64,000 bases of DNA from Eledone cirrhosa (GCA_964016885.1 OZ024751.1:47988001-48052000); one strand, 5' to 3'. Counted from the stretch's first letter, positions 11,873 through 25,342 are shown. Made by a program: numbers and translations. Notes: generated by a model from the sequence alone, not told the origin.

Positions 11873-13535
11873 GCTACAAAACATTTTTGTCCTATGCTCT
11901 AACAACTCTGCCAATTCATTATCTATGGTTTGGTTTCGTATGGTTTGGTTTGGTATGGTTTGGTTTGGTTTGGTATGCAGAAGTGAAGTGCAGGTGGTGG
12001 GGGTAATAGTCCATAAGTATAAATGTACAAGTAATAAAACAGCTGGGGGCTGTTGTTGTTCTAGTAGCTGTTGCTGTTGTTGTATTCCTAAGTGCTAATT
12101 ACAATGAAAAATGGAAAGTAGTGATTAATAACAAATATGTACAGCAAATATGGGGGAAGGTGGTGGGTTGGGAGAGAGAGAGAGATGTCAGTGTGTGTGT
12201 GTGTGTCTGCATGTGTCAGTGTGTGTGTGTGTCTGCATGTGTCAGTGTGTGTGTGTGTGTCTGCATGTGTCAGTGTGTGTGTGTGTGTCTGCATGTGTCA
12301 GTGTGTGTGTGCATATGTCAGTGTGTGTGTGCATATGTCAGTGTGTGTGTGTGTATGTGTGTCTCTCTCTGTGTCTGCATGCGTGCCTGTGCATGTGTCA
12401 GTGTGTGTCTGTCTCTGTGTCTGCATGTGTGTGTCTGTGCATATGTCAGTGTGTGTGTGTGTCTGTGTGTGTCTGTGCATATGTCAGTGTGTGTCTGTGT
12501 CTGTGTGTCTGTGTGTGTGTGTGTGTGTCTGTGTCTGCATGTGTGTGTCTGTGCATATCTCAGTGTGTGTCTCTCTGTGTCTGCATGTGTCAGTGTGTGT
12601 GTGTGTGTCTCTGTGTCTGCATGTGTGTGTGTGTGTGTGTGTGTGTCTGTGTCTGCATGTGTGTGTGTGTGTGTGTGGATGTGAGGGTGTGTGCCAGTGT
12701 GTGTTGCATAACCATTGTTAAGGTGAGTGAAGTGGAGTCAAAGACTGGCATTTAGGTCAAGTGTATGTGTCCAGGGGGTGAGTATAGTTCTGAGGGAGTG
12801 GGGTGCCATGTGCCGGGTCGGTGGGTGGTTGTGTGGAGAGAAGGGGGTGAGGTTAGAAGTCTGTATTTACAAGAACTTTATCACAGCCACTAGATTAGTT
12901 GAGTGCAAGGTCACTGATGATGATGATGATGATGAGGAGGAGGAGAGGACAAGGAAGAGGAGAGGACACAGTGTCAATAACCAGGATTAATTAATACAAC
13001 ATTGAAGTTACATTTAACTATATTAAACCCTTTTCATACTATTAATAAACTACACCCACCAAAAAAAAAAACTCCCATTGTTCTACAATACAAAGGCGGT
13101 GCCCCAGCATGGCCTCAGCCGGATGGCTGGAACATGTAAAAGAGTAGAAGAGAAATACAAAAACTGTTTGTTTTAACAAGTTTATATATTTAACTAAATA
13201 CAAACTTCCATTGTGAGTTATTTCTTGCTAAATCAGTTCAGGGTGTTCAGAATTTAATTTAAAAAAAAAAAAAAGCGGGGGCTAATATTATATTTGAGTT
13301 TGGCTGGTCTCGCTTGGACATCCAGCCAGATCAATTGGAGAGAGGGGTTTCTGATGGAACCCTGCTGGAAGGAGTACTTGAGGACTCTGCAGCCACATTC
13401 TTCCCAGAAATAGGTGGGTGAGAAGAAGAAGGAGAAGGAGAAGAAGAAGAAGAAGAAGAAGAAGAAAAAAACGAAAAAGAAGACAACAAAGAAGAAGAAT
13501 AAAATGAAGAAAATTATTATTATTATTCTACTCAC

Positions 13536-13669
13536 ATTGACTTCTTTCAAATCTTTATTGGCAAGCTGATTCAATGGGTCCAAGAAATTCTGTTTAACGT
13601 TGTCCTCGAGGGCGTATTTAATATCAGCAAGGTCTTTGAACGCTTCTCCAGCTTCGTTTAAACATGCCC
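13536..13669 (-). CDS. EndoA: Endophilin-A coding exon (GACLNEAGEAFKDLADIKYALEDNVKQNFLDPLNQLANKDLKEVN)
   Basis: 134 nt, ttag acceptor, gtgag donor; BAR motif VKQNFLDPL; phases 1/0 fit the neighbouring exons. Confidence 0.95.
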
Positions 13670-14124
13670 CTAATTAATAGAAGGCAGAAAATAAAAGGGA
13701 ACAGCAAACAAACAAACAAACAAACAAACAGAGTTTATTTCAGTTTTAGGGGTTTGCAGGAAAGTAATTTTCTTCATAAAAAGGAGGAATTTCTTTGAAA
13801 ATTGAATTTCTTCCATATGGAGGAAATTCTCAGATTTTCTATCACTGTGCTGAGTGGTTGAAATACTACTACTACTACTATCACCACTATAACTACTACC
13901 ACCAACACTACTACTACTGTCACCACCCCCACCACAACAACAACTACTACCACTACAACTAATACTGCCACCACCAAAACTACTACCAGGACCACTACTA
14001 CTACTACTTCCACCACGATTACTACTGCAACTACTGCTGCCACCACCACCACCATATATAACTACTTATCACCTGTATACATTTCCACCACCAACAGTGT
14101 ATACTGGTGGTGTTGGTGGTGGTG

Positions 14125-14580
14125 CCCATCTACAAGGGCAGTAATTCTGAAATTCCAAACAGGGATATAGTGTAGCTATTGTAAACAAGAAACACAGGAG
14201 AGGGTACATCTAGAAGGGCAGTAATTTTGAAATTCCACAGTGTAGCTATTGTAAACCAGAAACACAGGAGAGCGTACATCTACAAGGACAGTAATTCTGA
14301 AATTCCAGTGTAGCTATTGTAAACCAGAAACACAGGAGAGAGTACATCTACAAGGACAGTAATTCTGAAATTCCAGTGTAGCTATTGTAAACCAGAAACA
14401 CAGGAGAGAGTACATCTACAAGGACAGTAATTCTGAAATTCCAGTGTAGCTATTGTAAACCAGAAACACAGGAGAGAGTACATCTACAAGGACAGTAATT
14501 CTGAAATTCCACAGTGTAGCTACTGTAAACCAGAAACACAGGAGAGAGTACATTTAAAAGGGCAATAATTCTGAAATTCC
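14125..14580. repeat. 68-bp minisatellite, ~6 copies
   Basis: Unit CATCTACAAGGACAGTAATTCTGAAATTCCAGTGTAGCTATTGTAAACCAGAAACACAGGAGAGAGTA. Confidence 0.9.
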
Positions 14581-14688
14581 AAAAAAAGAACTGTCTTGGA
14601 CTGTAACAACCTGTTCAACACACCCCAGCATGGAAAGCAGACGTAAGATGAGGAAGAAGATGATGATGATGATGATGATTGTACTTAC

Positions 14689-14829
14689 CAAATCTATCTT
14701 CTCCTAAATCCTTTCCATACTTTATCATTGTCTCTCCTAAAGTTCCTTCCGGTTGAGGATAAACTGAACTCTTTGCTTGGCCCCGAATTTTCGAAAAGGA
14801 GTTAAAAGCCATCAGTTTCGCTCTTGAAG
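14689..14829 (-). CDS. EndoA: Endophilin-A coding exon ([47 protein letters not shown]; includes H1 insert)
   Basis: 141 nt, aag acceptor, gtaag donor; matches endophilin-A ASRAKL...SKIRGQ...YPQ.E. Confidence 0.95.
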
Positions 14830-15238
14830 CTTTCGAAAGAGAAATGGAATGAAAAGAATGGGAAGAAAGGGCAGATATAATGAAAGATTACATACACACA
14901 CACACACACACACATATATGCACACACACACACATATGCACACACACACACACACACACATATATGCACACACACACACATATGCACACACACACACACA
15001 CATATATGCACACACACACATATATATATATATATATGCATATATATATATATACACACACATATATATATATATATACACACACACATATATATATACA
15101 CACATATATATATATACACACATACATATATATATACACATATATATATACACACATATATATATACACACACATATATATATATATACACACATACATA
15201 CATATACATATATATATATATATATCCATGGAACTTAC

Positions 15239-15311
15239 CAGGATTTGGTTGCAGGAATTCGTGCGTTTTATTCATGAGCTCTGTAACCATCATCCCAAAC
15301 ACATCCACTTT
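15239..15311 (-). CDS. EndoA: Endophilin-A coding exon ([24 protein letters not shown])
   Basis: 73 nt, ccag acceptor, gtaag donor; LQPNP signature. Confidence 0.95.
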
Positions 15312-15827
15312 CTGGAAGATACAAGACAAACATTTTTTTTTAAATTACATTATTATGATAACAATTTTCATAAAATAAAATAAAATTAAATTAAATTAAA
15401 TTCAAAATTAAATAATTTTTTCAGTAACATAAAAAAAAAAAAAATTAGAAAAGAAAATTTTTGAATAATTTTTTCTATATTTTCATAAAATCTAAATTTG
15501 AATTTAAATCAAATATGAAATAGAAGTAAAATTTGTGTTTAAAATACCGCAAAACCTAAAATATTTAAATGTTAAATGAAAAAACACATTCAATGTTTGT
15601 GGGTAGAATGTACATTTCTATTATGAAAATAGAGCAATGTCAGTGACCAAGCTGAAACTTCAAAGTCACTGCCACTTATGTAGAGTCCTGCTGTAAATCA
15701 GAAGGTGACCATTGTTAAAAAAGGTACTCAATACATTAGTGGAGTATAGGTATATTCCTTTTATTATAGAAATGACTCATACATGACTAGAACTGTTTCA
15801 TTCATAACAAATCATTATATATATATA

Positions 15828-16166
15828 TCATCATCATCATCATTTTACGTCCGCTTTTCCCTGCTTGCAAGGGTGGGACGGGAACTGATTCTGGCTTGAT
15901 TTCTAGAGCTGGATGCCCTTCCTAACACCAACCTCATTTACAGTGAGTGCTGGGTGCGTTTTTGCCGTGGCACCTCCACGGCCACTTTGTAGTGGAATGA
16001 TAGGGACCCCAGTCCCTATCATCTCATTTTTACAGCTGAGTAAACTGGAGCAATGTGAAATAAAGTGTCTTGCTCAAGGAAACAACACATCACCCAGTCT
16101 GAGAATTGAACTCACAACCTTTTGATTGCAAGGCCAATGCTCTAACCACTAAGCCATGTGCCTCCT
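15828..16166 (-). mobile_element. SINE family A, full length
   Basis: Minus strand TGGCTTAGTGG (A box), GAGTTCAATTC (B box), CCTTGAGCAAGACACTT core, RTE-like tail ending (GAT)n; flanked by (TA)n. Confidence 0.85.
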
Positions 16167-16192
16167 ATATATATATATACACACACATATAT

Positions 16193-16380
16193 ATAATATA
16201 GAAATGGCTTCTACAGGACTAGAACTGTTTTATTTGGGAGAAATCATCAGGAAACCATGATTTCTCCTGAATAAAACAGTTCTAGTCCTGTAGAAGCCTT
16301 TCTATATTAAATATTTATACTCTGCTATGTATTGAGTACCTTACTTACTGTGATTAACCCCAATTGAACCCAGGATAAAC
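16193..16380. mobile_element. Short fold-back of a small hammerhead family (CAGTTCTAGTCCTG helix III)
   Basis: Inverted arms around ~16250; minus-strand CTGATGA core with GAAA changed to AAAA; relatives at ~15700-15815, 21335-21400, 34728-34868 and 49438-49575. Confidence 0.7.
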
Positions 16381-16590
16381 ATATATATATATATTGGAAG
16401 CATATATATATATGCGAGCAAGACAATCACTCTTGCCTCAAGTGAGAATACGCCCGTCCAAACCCATGCAAGCGTGGAACACGGACATTAAACGTTGATG
16501 ATGATGATGATGATGATGAAGACAGAATAAAATGACAGATAGTTCTTAGATCATTTAATCTTCAAAATTGTTTCGACACAAGGTTTCTCT

Positions 16591-16818
16591 TTAACCCTTT
16601 ACCATTCACATTACTCTGTATTTACTATTATATTTTCATGGTAAAGGCTTTATCTCACACAATTGTTTCACATAATATCGAATCTATGAGATTTTGATAT
16701 TATTTATTTTGAGATCATACCTTAACGTCAGTATGAGGGGCCAGTTATGACCAGTTTTAACAGAAGGAGGTGAGAGAATTTGGGCCGGATACGGCCGGTT
16801 TATATGCTAAAGGGTTAA
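16591..16818 (+). mobile_element. piggyBac-like MITE (~220 bp)
   Basis: TTAACCCTTT...AAAGGGTTAA termini; holds a single copy of the 60-bp unit amplified at 4600-5915. Confidence 0.8.
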
Positions 16819-17201
16819 ACACAGAACTAGGCAATATGTAATAACAATAACAATGGTCTCTGATTTAGGCAGAAGGCCAACAATTTTGGGAGGAAGGGAA
16901 TGGCGATTAAATCAACCCCAGTGCATTACTGGTACTTTATTTTACCGACCCTGTGAGGATGAAAGGCAAAGCTAACCTCGAGAGGATTTGAACTCAGAAC
17001 ATAAAAGGCTGTAACTATATGCCATGAAGCATGTGGCCCGAAACTCTGTCAATACTGCTAATCCACCGATAACAATAATGATAATAATTATCATAATAAT
17101 ATCAAGAGGCATAATATTTATACTTTACACTAGTTTATATTTGATACAACCATACAGTTATTTCCTACTTGTGTTTATATATATATATATATATATATAT
17201 A

Positions 17202-18098
17202 TTTTCAAGACTATACAGAGTATTTGAAGTTGTCCCAAATTGAAGGTTGAGTACTTTAGACTTTGTTTTATCAAGAGTTAAGGCTCTATTGGTTTTTTCC
17301 CTGATTTCTCTAAATTCTGTTGGATAAATCTATATCCTGATTCCTTTTGAATTGAGTCTGAATTATTTTTCCCATATTTTATGTTAACTATTTTCCCATT
17401 TTGACGCTATAGTCACTTATATGTTATGGAATACTGTTAGCTCCTCGCTACAACAATTTCTATACTTTTCATTTATATATATATACTCGGATTTATTTCC
17501 TAGAGTGCTTAAATTATTTGTGACTAATCCCAGTATTTAAAAAAAAAAGACCGCGATGATATTTCTTTTTGCTGAACTCCTTATTGTAGAGTTTTCTTTC
17601 GGAATGCTTTTGACTGTTGTTTCATGTAAACAAACATTTGTCTCATTCTGACATCACCAGCCCTGTTTTTCCACATGTGCGTTTATTTTAATAATCACAC
17701 ATGATGTTAAACTAGCCTGCTTTTAAATTCCCCTTTTGGCATATTACCAGTGAGACCTTGGTTACCATGTTGAGCTCTGCTGATGAACGAAATCCAACCG
17801 TGACCATCCCCACTGAAAGTTTTCGTGAAATAGTCTTTTCAAGACTATACAGAGCATTTGAAGTTGTCCCAAATTGAAAGTTGAGTACTTTAGACTTTGT
17901 TTTATCAAGAGTTAAGGCTCTATTGGTTTTTTCCCTGATTTCTCTAAATTCTGTTGGATAAATCTATATCCTGATTCGTTTTGAATTGAGTCTGAATTCC
18001 CATATCTTATGTGAACTATTTTCCCATTTTGATGCTATAGTCACCTATATGTTATGGAATACTGTTAGCTTCTCGCTACAACAATTTCTATACTTTTC

Positions 18099-18105
<7 letters not shown>
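17202..18105 (+). mobile_element. Retrozyme-like partial-tandem element (634-bp unit, ~1.4 copies) in (TA)n
   Basis: Direct repeats ~17202-17480 and ~17836-18105 with a hammerhead at the unit junction; no ORF. Confidence 0.8.
17774..17855 (+). ncRNA. Type I hammerhead ribozyme with stable helix III
   Basis: GCTCTG-CTGATGA-ACGAAA...TTTCGT-GAAA-TAGTCTT TTC AAGACTA-TA-CAGAGC; all three stems pair. Confidence 0.9.
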
Positions 18106-18129
<24 letters not shown>

Positions 18130-18336
18130 GATATATATAGATATATTTATATATATATATAGATATACATAGATATATATAGATAGATATATATAGATAG
18201 ATATATATATATAGATATATATATATAGATATATATATATAGATATATATATATATAGATATATATATATATATATATATAGATATATAGATATATATAT
18301 ATATATAGATATATAGATATATATATAGAGATATAT

Positions 18337-18389
<53 letters not shown>

Positions 18390-18664
18390 TATATATCTAT
18401 ATATATCTATATATATCTATATATATAGATATATATATAGATATATATATAGATATATATATAGATATATATATAGATATATATATAGATATATATAGAT
18501 ATATATAGATATATATATATCTATCTATCTATCTAAGGCGGGTAAAATTCCCGAGATCCATGGACGAGTTCTCTCCAGCGGTCTCTGTCCCTCATTATCG
18601 CTGCCATATCCTGCATCTCCAACAGACCAGTGTCTGTCCTTAGGGCATCAACATATGTTAACCT

Positions 18665-18766
<102 letters not shown>

Positions 18767-19314
18767 GGTCTCTTGGTCTCAGCACTGCAGACTCTCTCAT
18801 ATATATATATATATATACACACATATATATATGTATGTATATAATTGCAGATATATAGCGAGAGGGAGGCAAATGGATGTGTGTTATGTGTAAGAGATAG
18901 GATGAAGGGAAGCCTCAGCCAGACAGCATGTGGTGGTGGGGTGGCAGAGTGAGTAGTAATAAACATAAAGTTGATGGAGAAGTGGTTAGATAAAATAAAT
19001 TGAGGTAGTAAGAGAATATGATAGTATAGGTTAGCTTTTGACTAATGTTAGGCAACATAACAGCAACGGGTGAGGGTGATCTCGCATACAAATGTGCAAC
19101 AGAATGAGGACTGACAGATGACCTAGTTCTCATAGCTGATTCTGTCAATGGGTTTCGAGAAGAAATTCCAAACACGGAAGCAGGAGCAAAGTCCTAATAT
19201 CAAGAGAAGTCTTACAACAAACCAAGCTAAAATAAAGGTTTTAGATAGCAGGAAAGAAAACCTGGGGTTAAACTACAATAACAACAACATCAACAACAAC
19301 TAGATATACCCAGT

Positions 19315-19490
19315 GTGAAGGTGCATGGCTTAGTGGTTAGAGCATCGGGCTTGCAATCAAAAGGTTGTGAGTTCAATTATCGGACCGCATGATGTGTTGT
19401 TTCCTTGAGCAAGACACTTTATTTCACGTTGCTCCAGTTTACTCAGCTGTAGAAATGTAGATGATAGAACTGGGGTCCCTATCATTAAAT
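19315..19490 (+). mobile_element. SINE family A, 5' half
   Basis: TGGCTTAGTGG...GAGTTCAATT...CCTTGAGCAAGACACTT. Confidence 0.8.
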
Positions 19491-19557
19491 CACCCAAGAC
19501 ACCTCCAACAAGATATACCTTGAAGGAGGCCAGCTAAACCTGCATAGGTGTGAGCTG

Positions 19558-19609
<52 letters not shown>

Positions 19610-19611
<2 letters not shown>

Positions 19612-19835
19612 CCAGTTCAAGAGCAACTCTAGTCTTGCTTGAATAACTATGTCTCCAACTGATCCGGCTGGATCCCCAAGCAAGACCAACCAAGTTCATG
19701 GATGTTATCCAACCATCTTATTATGGGTCTCTTGCCAATTGGTTTTGCCTGTAAAATCTGTCCAGCGATTCTTTCCTGAGACATTCTCACCACATGCCAG
19801 GACGTATCAGAGCTGTGATGGAAATGGGTTTTAGG
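19610..19835 (-). mobile_element. Old RTE-like LINE C-terminal remnant (second family)
   Basis: Homologous to ~35080-35300 and ~13290-13420. Confidence 0.6.
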
Positions 19836-21345
19836 AACTTGAAGTTAGCTAAAATGTGAGAGGTTGTGGTTGAGAAGGGACATGGCTAGTAAACCAGCCC
19901 CTTTTATATAACTCTTTTAGGAATTCAAGGTAGGCTAAGATGTGAGAGGTTGTGTTTGAGAAGGGAAACTGAAGTACACACTAGACAATGCAGTTCTAGA
20001 TACACAACAGAGGAGATGGTCACAACAGGAATGTATTTGATCATCACCACCACCACAAGGACCATAAATGTCTTTAACAGAGTCCATTCTTTTGGAGGGA
20101 TTCAAGCCAGACCTCCAGTTTGAGAGGCCCTAAAGAGGGCCGTTTGTATTGCTTTTTCCTTGCTGACTAAAGACAGTAAACTTGTGTCTGTGTCTCTGTG
20201 AAGGGCCCAGCCCCAGCAATCCTTTCACCATCATTGTGTGAACAAAAAAGAAAGAAAGAGAGCAGTCACAATAGCATGAGTTTAATCTGGGAAAGAACAT
20301 TGACCTCCAGAGGTCATGTTCAGACTCACTCTTACAATAACTAACTCATGACATCCTGTAATCATTTAATAGAAAATGTCTAAAATCAGGTTTGTTAATT
20401 CAAATGTTTATATTGCAGTAAAGAATTTCCTTTTTAATCAGAAGTAGTCATGGCGATTTTTTTGTACTTTTAAAAAATGTGGTTTCATGTGGCCCAGGAC
20501 GTTAAGAGTTAAATAAAATATAAATAAAAATAAAAATTAAAATTAAAATAACTTCCTATAATTACCACAAACCTAGAAATATATTTTTATTGTGTCTATG
20601 TGGGAGTGAGAAAGTGTGAGTGAGTGGAGGTGTGAGTGGAGTGGAGATGGAAGAGCATGAGAGTGTGAATGAGAGAGGGAAAGGGAGAGGAAGTGTGTGA
20701 GTAGGAGTGTGTTGTTGTAAGTGAGAGTGGAAGTGTGTCCAAGTCATTGTGTGAGTGAGGTTTAGAGTAGTTAGGCTAACTAACTTGACCTCATTAGTAC
20801 ATTGACCTTGCTACTTATTATATCAACCCCTGAATGAAGGGGAGATAAAGTCTTCTGCCCCCTCCCCCAATTCTCATTATTCCACTCCCAACACATATTT
20901 AATTAAGGTTGATCCAGTGTCCTGTTATTCTAGAAGTTCCTAAAGATGGATAAAGACCCAGTTTGTAACTGTTTCCTGAGCCTGTAGCATGAGAAGGGAA
21001 ACTCAAAAGTAACCATCCACTGGATCACCTTAAACTACTAATAGCTACTTCGGTACACATTACTCATTCTTGCTTTCAGCAACACTAAACTGAGATGTGA
21101 ATATATAGACACACACATATATATGTGTGTGTCTATATATATATATGTGTGTCTCTCTCTCTCCCTCCCTCCCTCCCTCTCCCTCTATATATATATATAT
21201 GTGTGTGTGTGTGTCTCTCTCTCTATGTGTGTGTGTGTGTGTGTGTACACAGACACACGTGTCTATATATATATAGAGAGAGAGATATGTGGGGGGGGGG
21301 TGCATATGCCTGTATATATATATATATATAGTTTTAATATAGATG

Positions 21346-21396
21346 AGATTCTACAGGACTAGAACTGTTTCATTCTTTAGAAACCATCAGGAATCT
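21346..21396 (-). ncRNA. Hammerhead ribozyme with one core substitution
   Basis: Minus strand AGATTC-CTGATGG-TTTC TAAA GAAT-GAAA-CAG TTCTAGTC CTG-TA-GAATCT. Confidence 0.6.
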
Positions 21397-21591
21397 GAGT
21401 ATCAAAAAATAAATATGGTATTTATAGGTCACTTCCGGTGGTAGGAGAGGGTAGGGAGTGGGATGGGTAGAGGTCATTGGTTGATAGAAAAGGGAATTCA
21501 TTAATAGCTAATTCTTCAAAGCTATAGTTTATATTTAGAGTAACAAAGGCAGAAAGAATTCTATAAACAATATATATATATATATATATAT

Positions 21592-22090
21592 ATAATAAAT
21601 CAGGAAAGAAGAGTGACACGGTTTGCTATACAAAAAAGGTTTTTAATCTCATTGCTGACAATTGTTTCTCTGAACTGGTAGGTCTAGAGATCGCTATCCG
21701 CTTATTTTCGCGTTACTCGATCGCCAATACAAAATTATAACCAGTCAGTTCATCGGAGCTTGCGAGATTTCTCGCAAGCTCCGATGAACTGACTGGTTAT
21801 AATTTTGTATTGGCGATCGAGTAACGCGAAAATAAGCGGATAGCGATCTCTAGACCTACCAGTTCAGAGAAACAATTGTCAGCAATGAGATTAAAAACCT
21901 TTTTTGTATAGTAAACCGTGTCACTCTTCTTTCCTGATTTATTATTACTCCAAATGTTTACAATATAGGAATTACAGCGTACTCGCAGCATCACTATGAA
22001 AACGCCTTGTTGAGTCAAACTTAGCCAAGCGTTAATATCATCCACTACCCGGAATACCATAACTGGACTACACCTAAGTGGACTGCATAT
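21592..22090. mobile_element. Near-perfect palindromic hammerhead element in (TA)n
   Basis: Arms ~21592-21767 and ~21770-21945 with almost no spacer; right arm extends to ~22090. Confidence 0.85.
21778..21885 (+). ncRNA. Hammerhead ribozyme with ~60-nt loop 2 insertion (mirror copy 21652-21759 on minus strand)
   Basis: GCT-CCGATGA-ACTGA CTGG...CCAG TTCAGA-GAAA-CAATTG-TC-AGC. Confidence 0.7.
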
Positions 22091-22396
22091 AACTATTATT
22101 TGTTACCTCATATATATATATATACACTGACACACACATATATATATATAATGGGTTCTGTATGAGCAAGACATGGTCATCTGACCTCGATTTGCCTAAA
22201 AAAACAGGACAACCCATCTAACCCATGCTAGCATGGAAAATGGATGTTAAACGGTGATAATGATGGTGATGATAATGATTATATATATATATATTTTCGT
22301 TCAGTGGGTTTATATGCCCCGTTATTAATAGACTATTATATTTAGTGAAATGTATGGTGAAATCCTCTAATTGAATATATATATATATATATATAA

Positions 22397-22762
22397 TCAT
22401 CATCGTTTAACGTCTATCTTCCACGGTCGCATGGGTTTAGATGGGAATTGTCCCACTTGAGGCAAGATTGGTTGTCTTGCTCGTATAGGACTGTCTGGCG
22501 GGTTTTCTACGGCTGGATGCCCTTCATAACACCAACCACGTTTACAGTGTGGAACTGGGAGGTTTTTACTATGTTACCTACACGGCCACATTACAGTGTG
22601 GACTGTGAGTTTCTTTGTCTTGACACCTAAACGACCTCATTTATTTCTGACTGGATGTTGTGGTACCAACATAACTTTACAGAGAAAAGGGTGCTGTTGA
22701 TGGGGGTGGGAGTAGGGGTAGTGGGATGGGGGTGTATTTTTGGTTAAGAGGTACCTACTGAC
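22397..22762 (-). mobile_element. RTE LINE 3' UTR fragment
   Basis: Homologous to the 3' UTR at 56475-56960; (GAT)n tail. Confidence 0.8.
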
Positions 22763-22769
22763 TATATAT

Positions 22770-23566
22770 ATCATCATCATCATCATCATCAGGTTTAGCG
22801 TCCGTGTTCCACGCTTGCATGGGTTTGGACGGGGGTTTTCCCACTTGAGGCAAGAGTGGTTGTCTTGCTCGCATAGGACTGTCTGGCGGGTTTTCTACAG
22901 TTGGATGCCCTTCCTAACACCAACCACATTTACAGTGTGGGGCTGGGAGGTTTTTACCGTGTTGCCTACACGGCCACATTACAGCGTGGACTGTCTGGCG
23001 GGTTTTCTACAGCTGGATGCCCTTCCTAACACCAACCACATTTACAGTGTGGGGCTGGGAGGTTTTTACCGTGTTGCCTACACGGCCACATTTACAGCGT
23101 GGACTGTGTGTTTTTTGTCGTGACACCTACACGATCTCATTTGTTTCGGCCTGGATGTTGTGGGACCAACATAACTTTACATTGAAAGGGGCGGTGTGGG
23201 TGGGGTGGAGGTGGTGGGACGGGGGTGTGTTTTGATAGTGATGCCTACTGACTGTAGTAGGTTTTTACTTTGTATTTAGGTAAGGCGGGTCTTCTCTATT
23301 ACTGAGTACCGCCAAAGGTCTCGGTCCAGTGACATTGTCTTGGAGAGGTGTAAGCGTGTGAGGTCGGAATTTATCAGCTCGTCCCATGTTTTTCTGGGTC
23401 TGCCTACTCCGTGGCTACCGTCTATCTTTATTGCCCTGCACTTTGTTATACAGCTGTCGTCTTTCATGCGCATCACGTGACCGTACCAACGTAGCCTTCT
23501 CTCGAGTAAACAACATCTGATCCCTCTTATTTCTAATTTTTTCCTTAGTTCGTTTATGCTTTGCCG

Positions 23567-23570
<4 letters not shown>
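22770..23570 (-). mobile_element. RTE LINE, 5'-truncated young copy
   Basis: C-terminus RRLRWYGHVMRM...GRPRKTW plus 3' UTR; near-identical to 56475-57270; (TA)n on both sides. Confidence 0.9.
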
Positions 23571-23634
<64 letters not shown>

Positions 23635-23659
23635 TATGCATACATATTTATACATATAT

Positions 23660-23895
23660 ACATATAAATCCTCTTGACAATTACTATCTTCCCATATAAG
23701 GAAGTACCCCTTTATAAGTTTGGCTATTTATTTACCAGGCTAAAAATTCTTACTTAGTCCAGAAATAACCGTCGAAATGGCTTGAGTTCTGCCGTCGGGG
23801 GTCATACTTGTTTCTACTACCCACTCTATTACACTAAGTATTGAGTACTTTGGTGCGTTATGGTCCATCTGGTTCCTTGCCACAATTCCTTCGTT
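23660..23895 (+). mobile_element. Small hammerhead-family element with decayed 5' core
   Basis: GTCGAAATGGC TTGAGTTCT GCCG-TC-GGGG 3' half; same family as 29552-29745, 48516-48735 and fragments at ~6155-6240 and ~8020-8130. Confidence 0.6.
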
Positions 23896-25342
23896 ATATA
23901 TATATATGTATATATACACACATACACACACAAAATATATAATTACCAAAGCAAAGTAGGAATCCTTGAGTTTTCTCACTGGTTACTAAAGAGTAGATAT
24001 ATGTTCAATACTACTACAACTTTTACCACTACTACTGCTGCTACCAGTACCACAATTATCACTATCATACTCACTCCACCACTACAACACCATCACTATG
24101 ACAATCACTACTACTACTACTACTACTATTTTATTTCGACCACTTTTGGCTCTACTACTCTCAGCCCCACAATCACTATTTCTACAACTCCCACTACTTC
24201 CACCACTACTACAACCACCACTACTACCACCACTATTACTACTACAACTCCCACTACAACCACCACTACTACAACCACCACTACAACTAATACCACCACA
24301 ACTACAACCACCACTACTACAACCACCACTACAACTACTACCACCACTACTACTACAACTATCACTACTACCTCCAGGAATTATGTTGTCATAATAGTCA
24401 AATCTCTCATAAAGCATATCTATATTTCATATCTAGACTGGTCTACCTGAAGCTAAGAACTATCACCACCACCACCACCACCACCACCTCCAATACTACT
24501 AGCACCACCACCACCTCCAATACAACCACTACCACCACCACCACCTCGAATACAACCACTGCCACCACCACCAACGCCACAACCAATACTACTAGCACCA
24601 CCACCAACGCCACAACCAATACTACTAGTACCACCACCAACACCACTACTACAACCACCACCAATACTACTAGCACCACCACCACCACAACCACCACTAC
24701 AACCACCACCACCAATACTACCACCACCACCACTACCAATACTACTAGCACCACCACCAACACCACCACTACAACCACCACCACCACCACCACAACCAAT
24801 ACTACCACCACCACCAATACTACTAGCACCACCACCAACACCACCACTACAACCACCACCACCACCACCACAACCAATACCACCACCACCACCACCACTA
24901 CCTAGTCATGTCCAGCTGATAAAGTGATATATCTAAATTGGAGAGAATTAGAAATAAAACTACAAAACGGCTTTTAAGTAAAATAGTAATTAGAGGTGGG
25001 GGGAGGTAGGCAGGAATGAAAATAGTAATTATAGTGTGAGGGTTTAAGTAGCAGACAAATACTAGTGGCTGTGTGGAGCGGGAGGAAGGGGGGGGGGGGT
25101 TAATTAGTGGCAGGTGAGGTGGAGGTGTGAAGACTGAAGAATGGTAAAAGGGAGAGAGAGATGCAGTGAGTGGAGTGTGTGTGTGTGTGTGTGTATACAT
25201 ATATATATATATGCACACACACACACACACACACCCCAACCAATATATATTTTATATAAATATACATATACACACATACACAACCCAATCAGCACGTGAG
25301 TGTGTGTGTGTGTGTGTGTGAGTGAGAGTGAGAGTGTGAGTA

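Noticed and set aside
12190-12670. Cluster of TGCATG (Rbfox-type) motifs
   Set aside because: On the plus strand, antisense to endophilin, and part of a (GT)n-derived repeat
13092-13150. Hairpin + GAAC motif resembling a ribozyme 3' half (also ~61955-61990)
   Set aside because: No CTGANGA half; more simply a dispersed repeat 3' end
19315-19390. tRNA gene
   Set aside because: A/B boxes run into a SINE body and no full cloverleaf is evident; the same applies to the other copies
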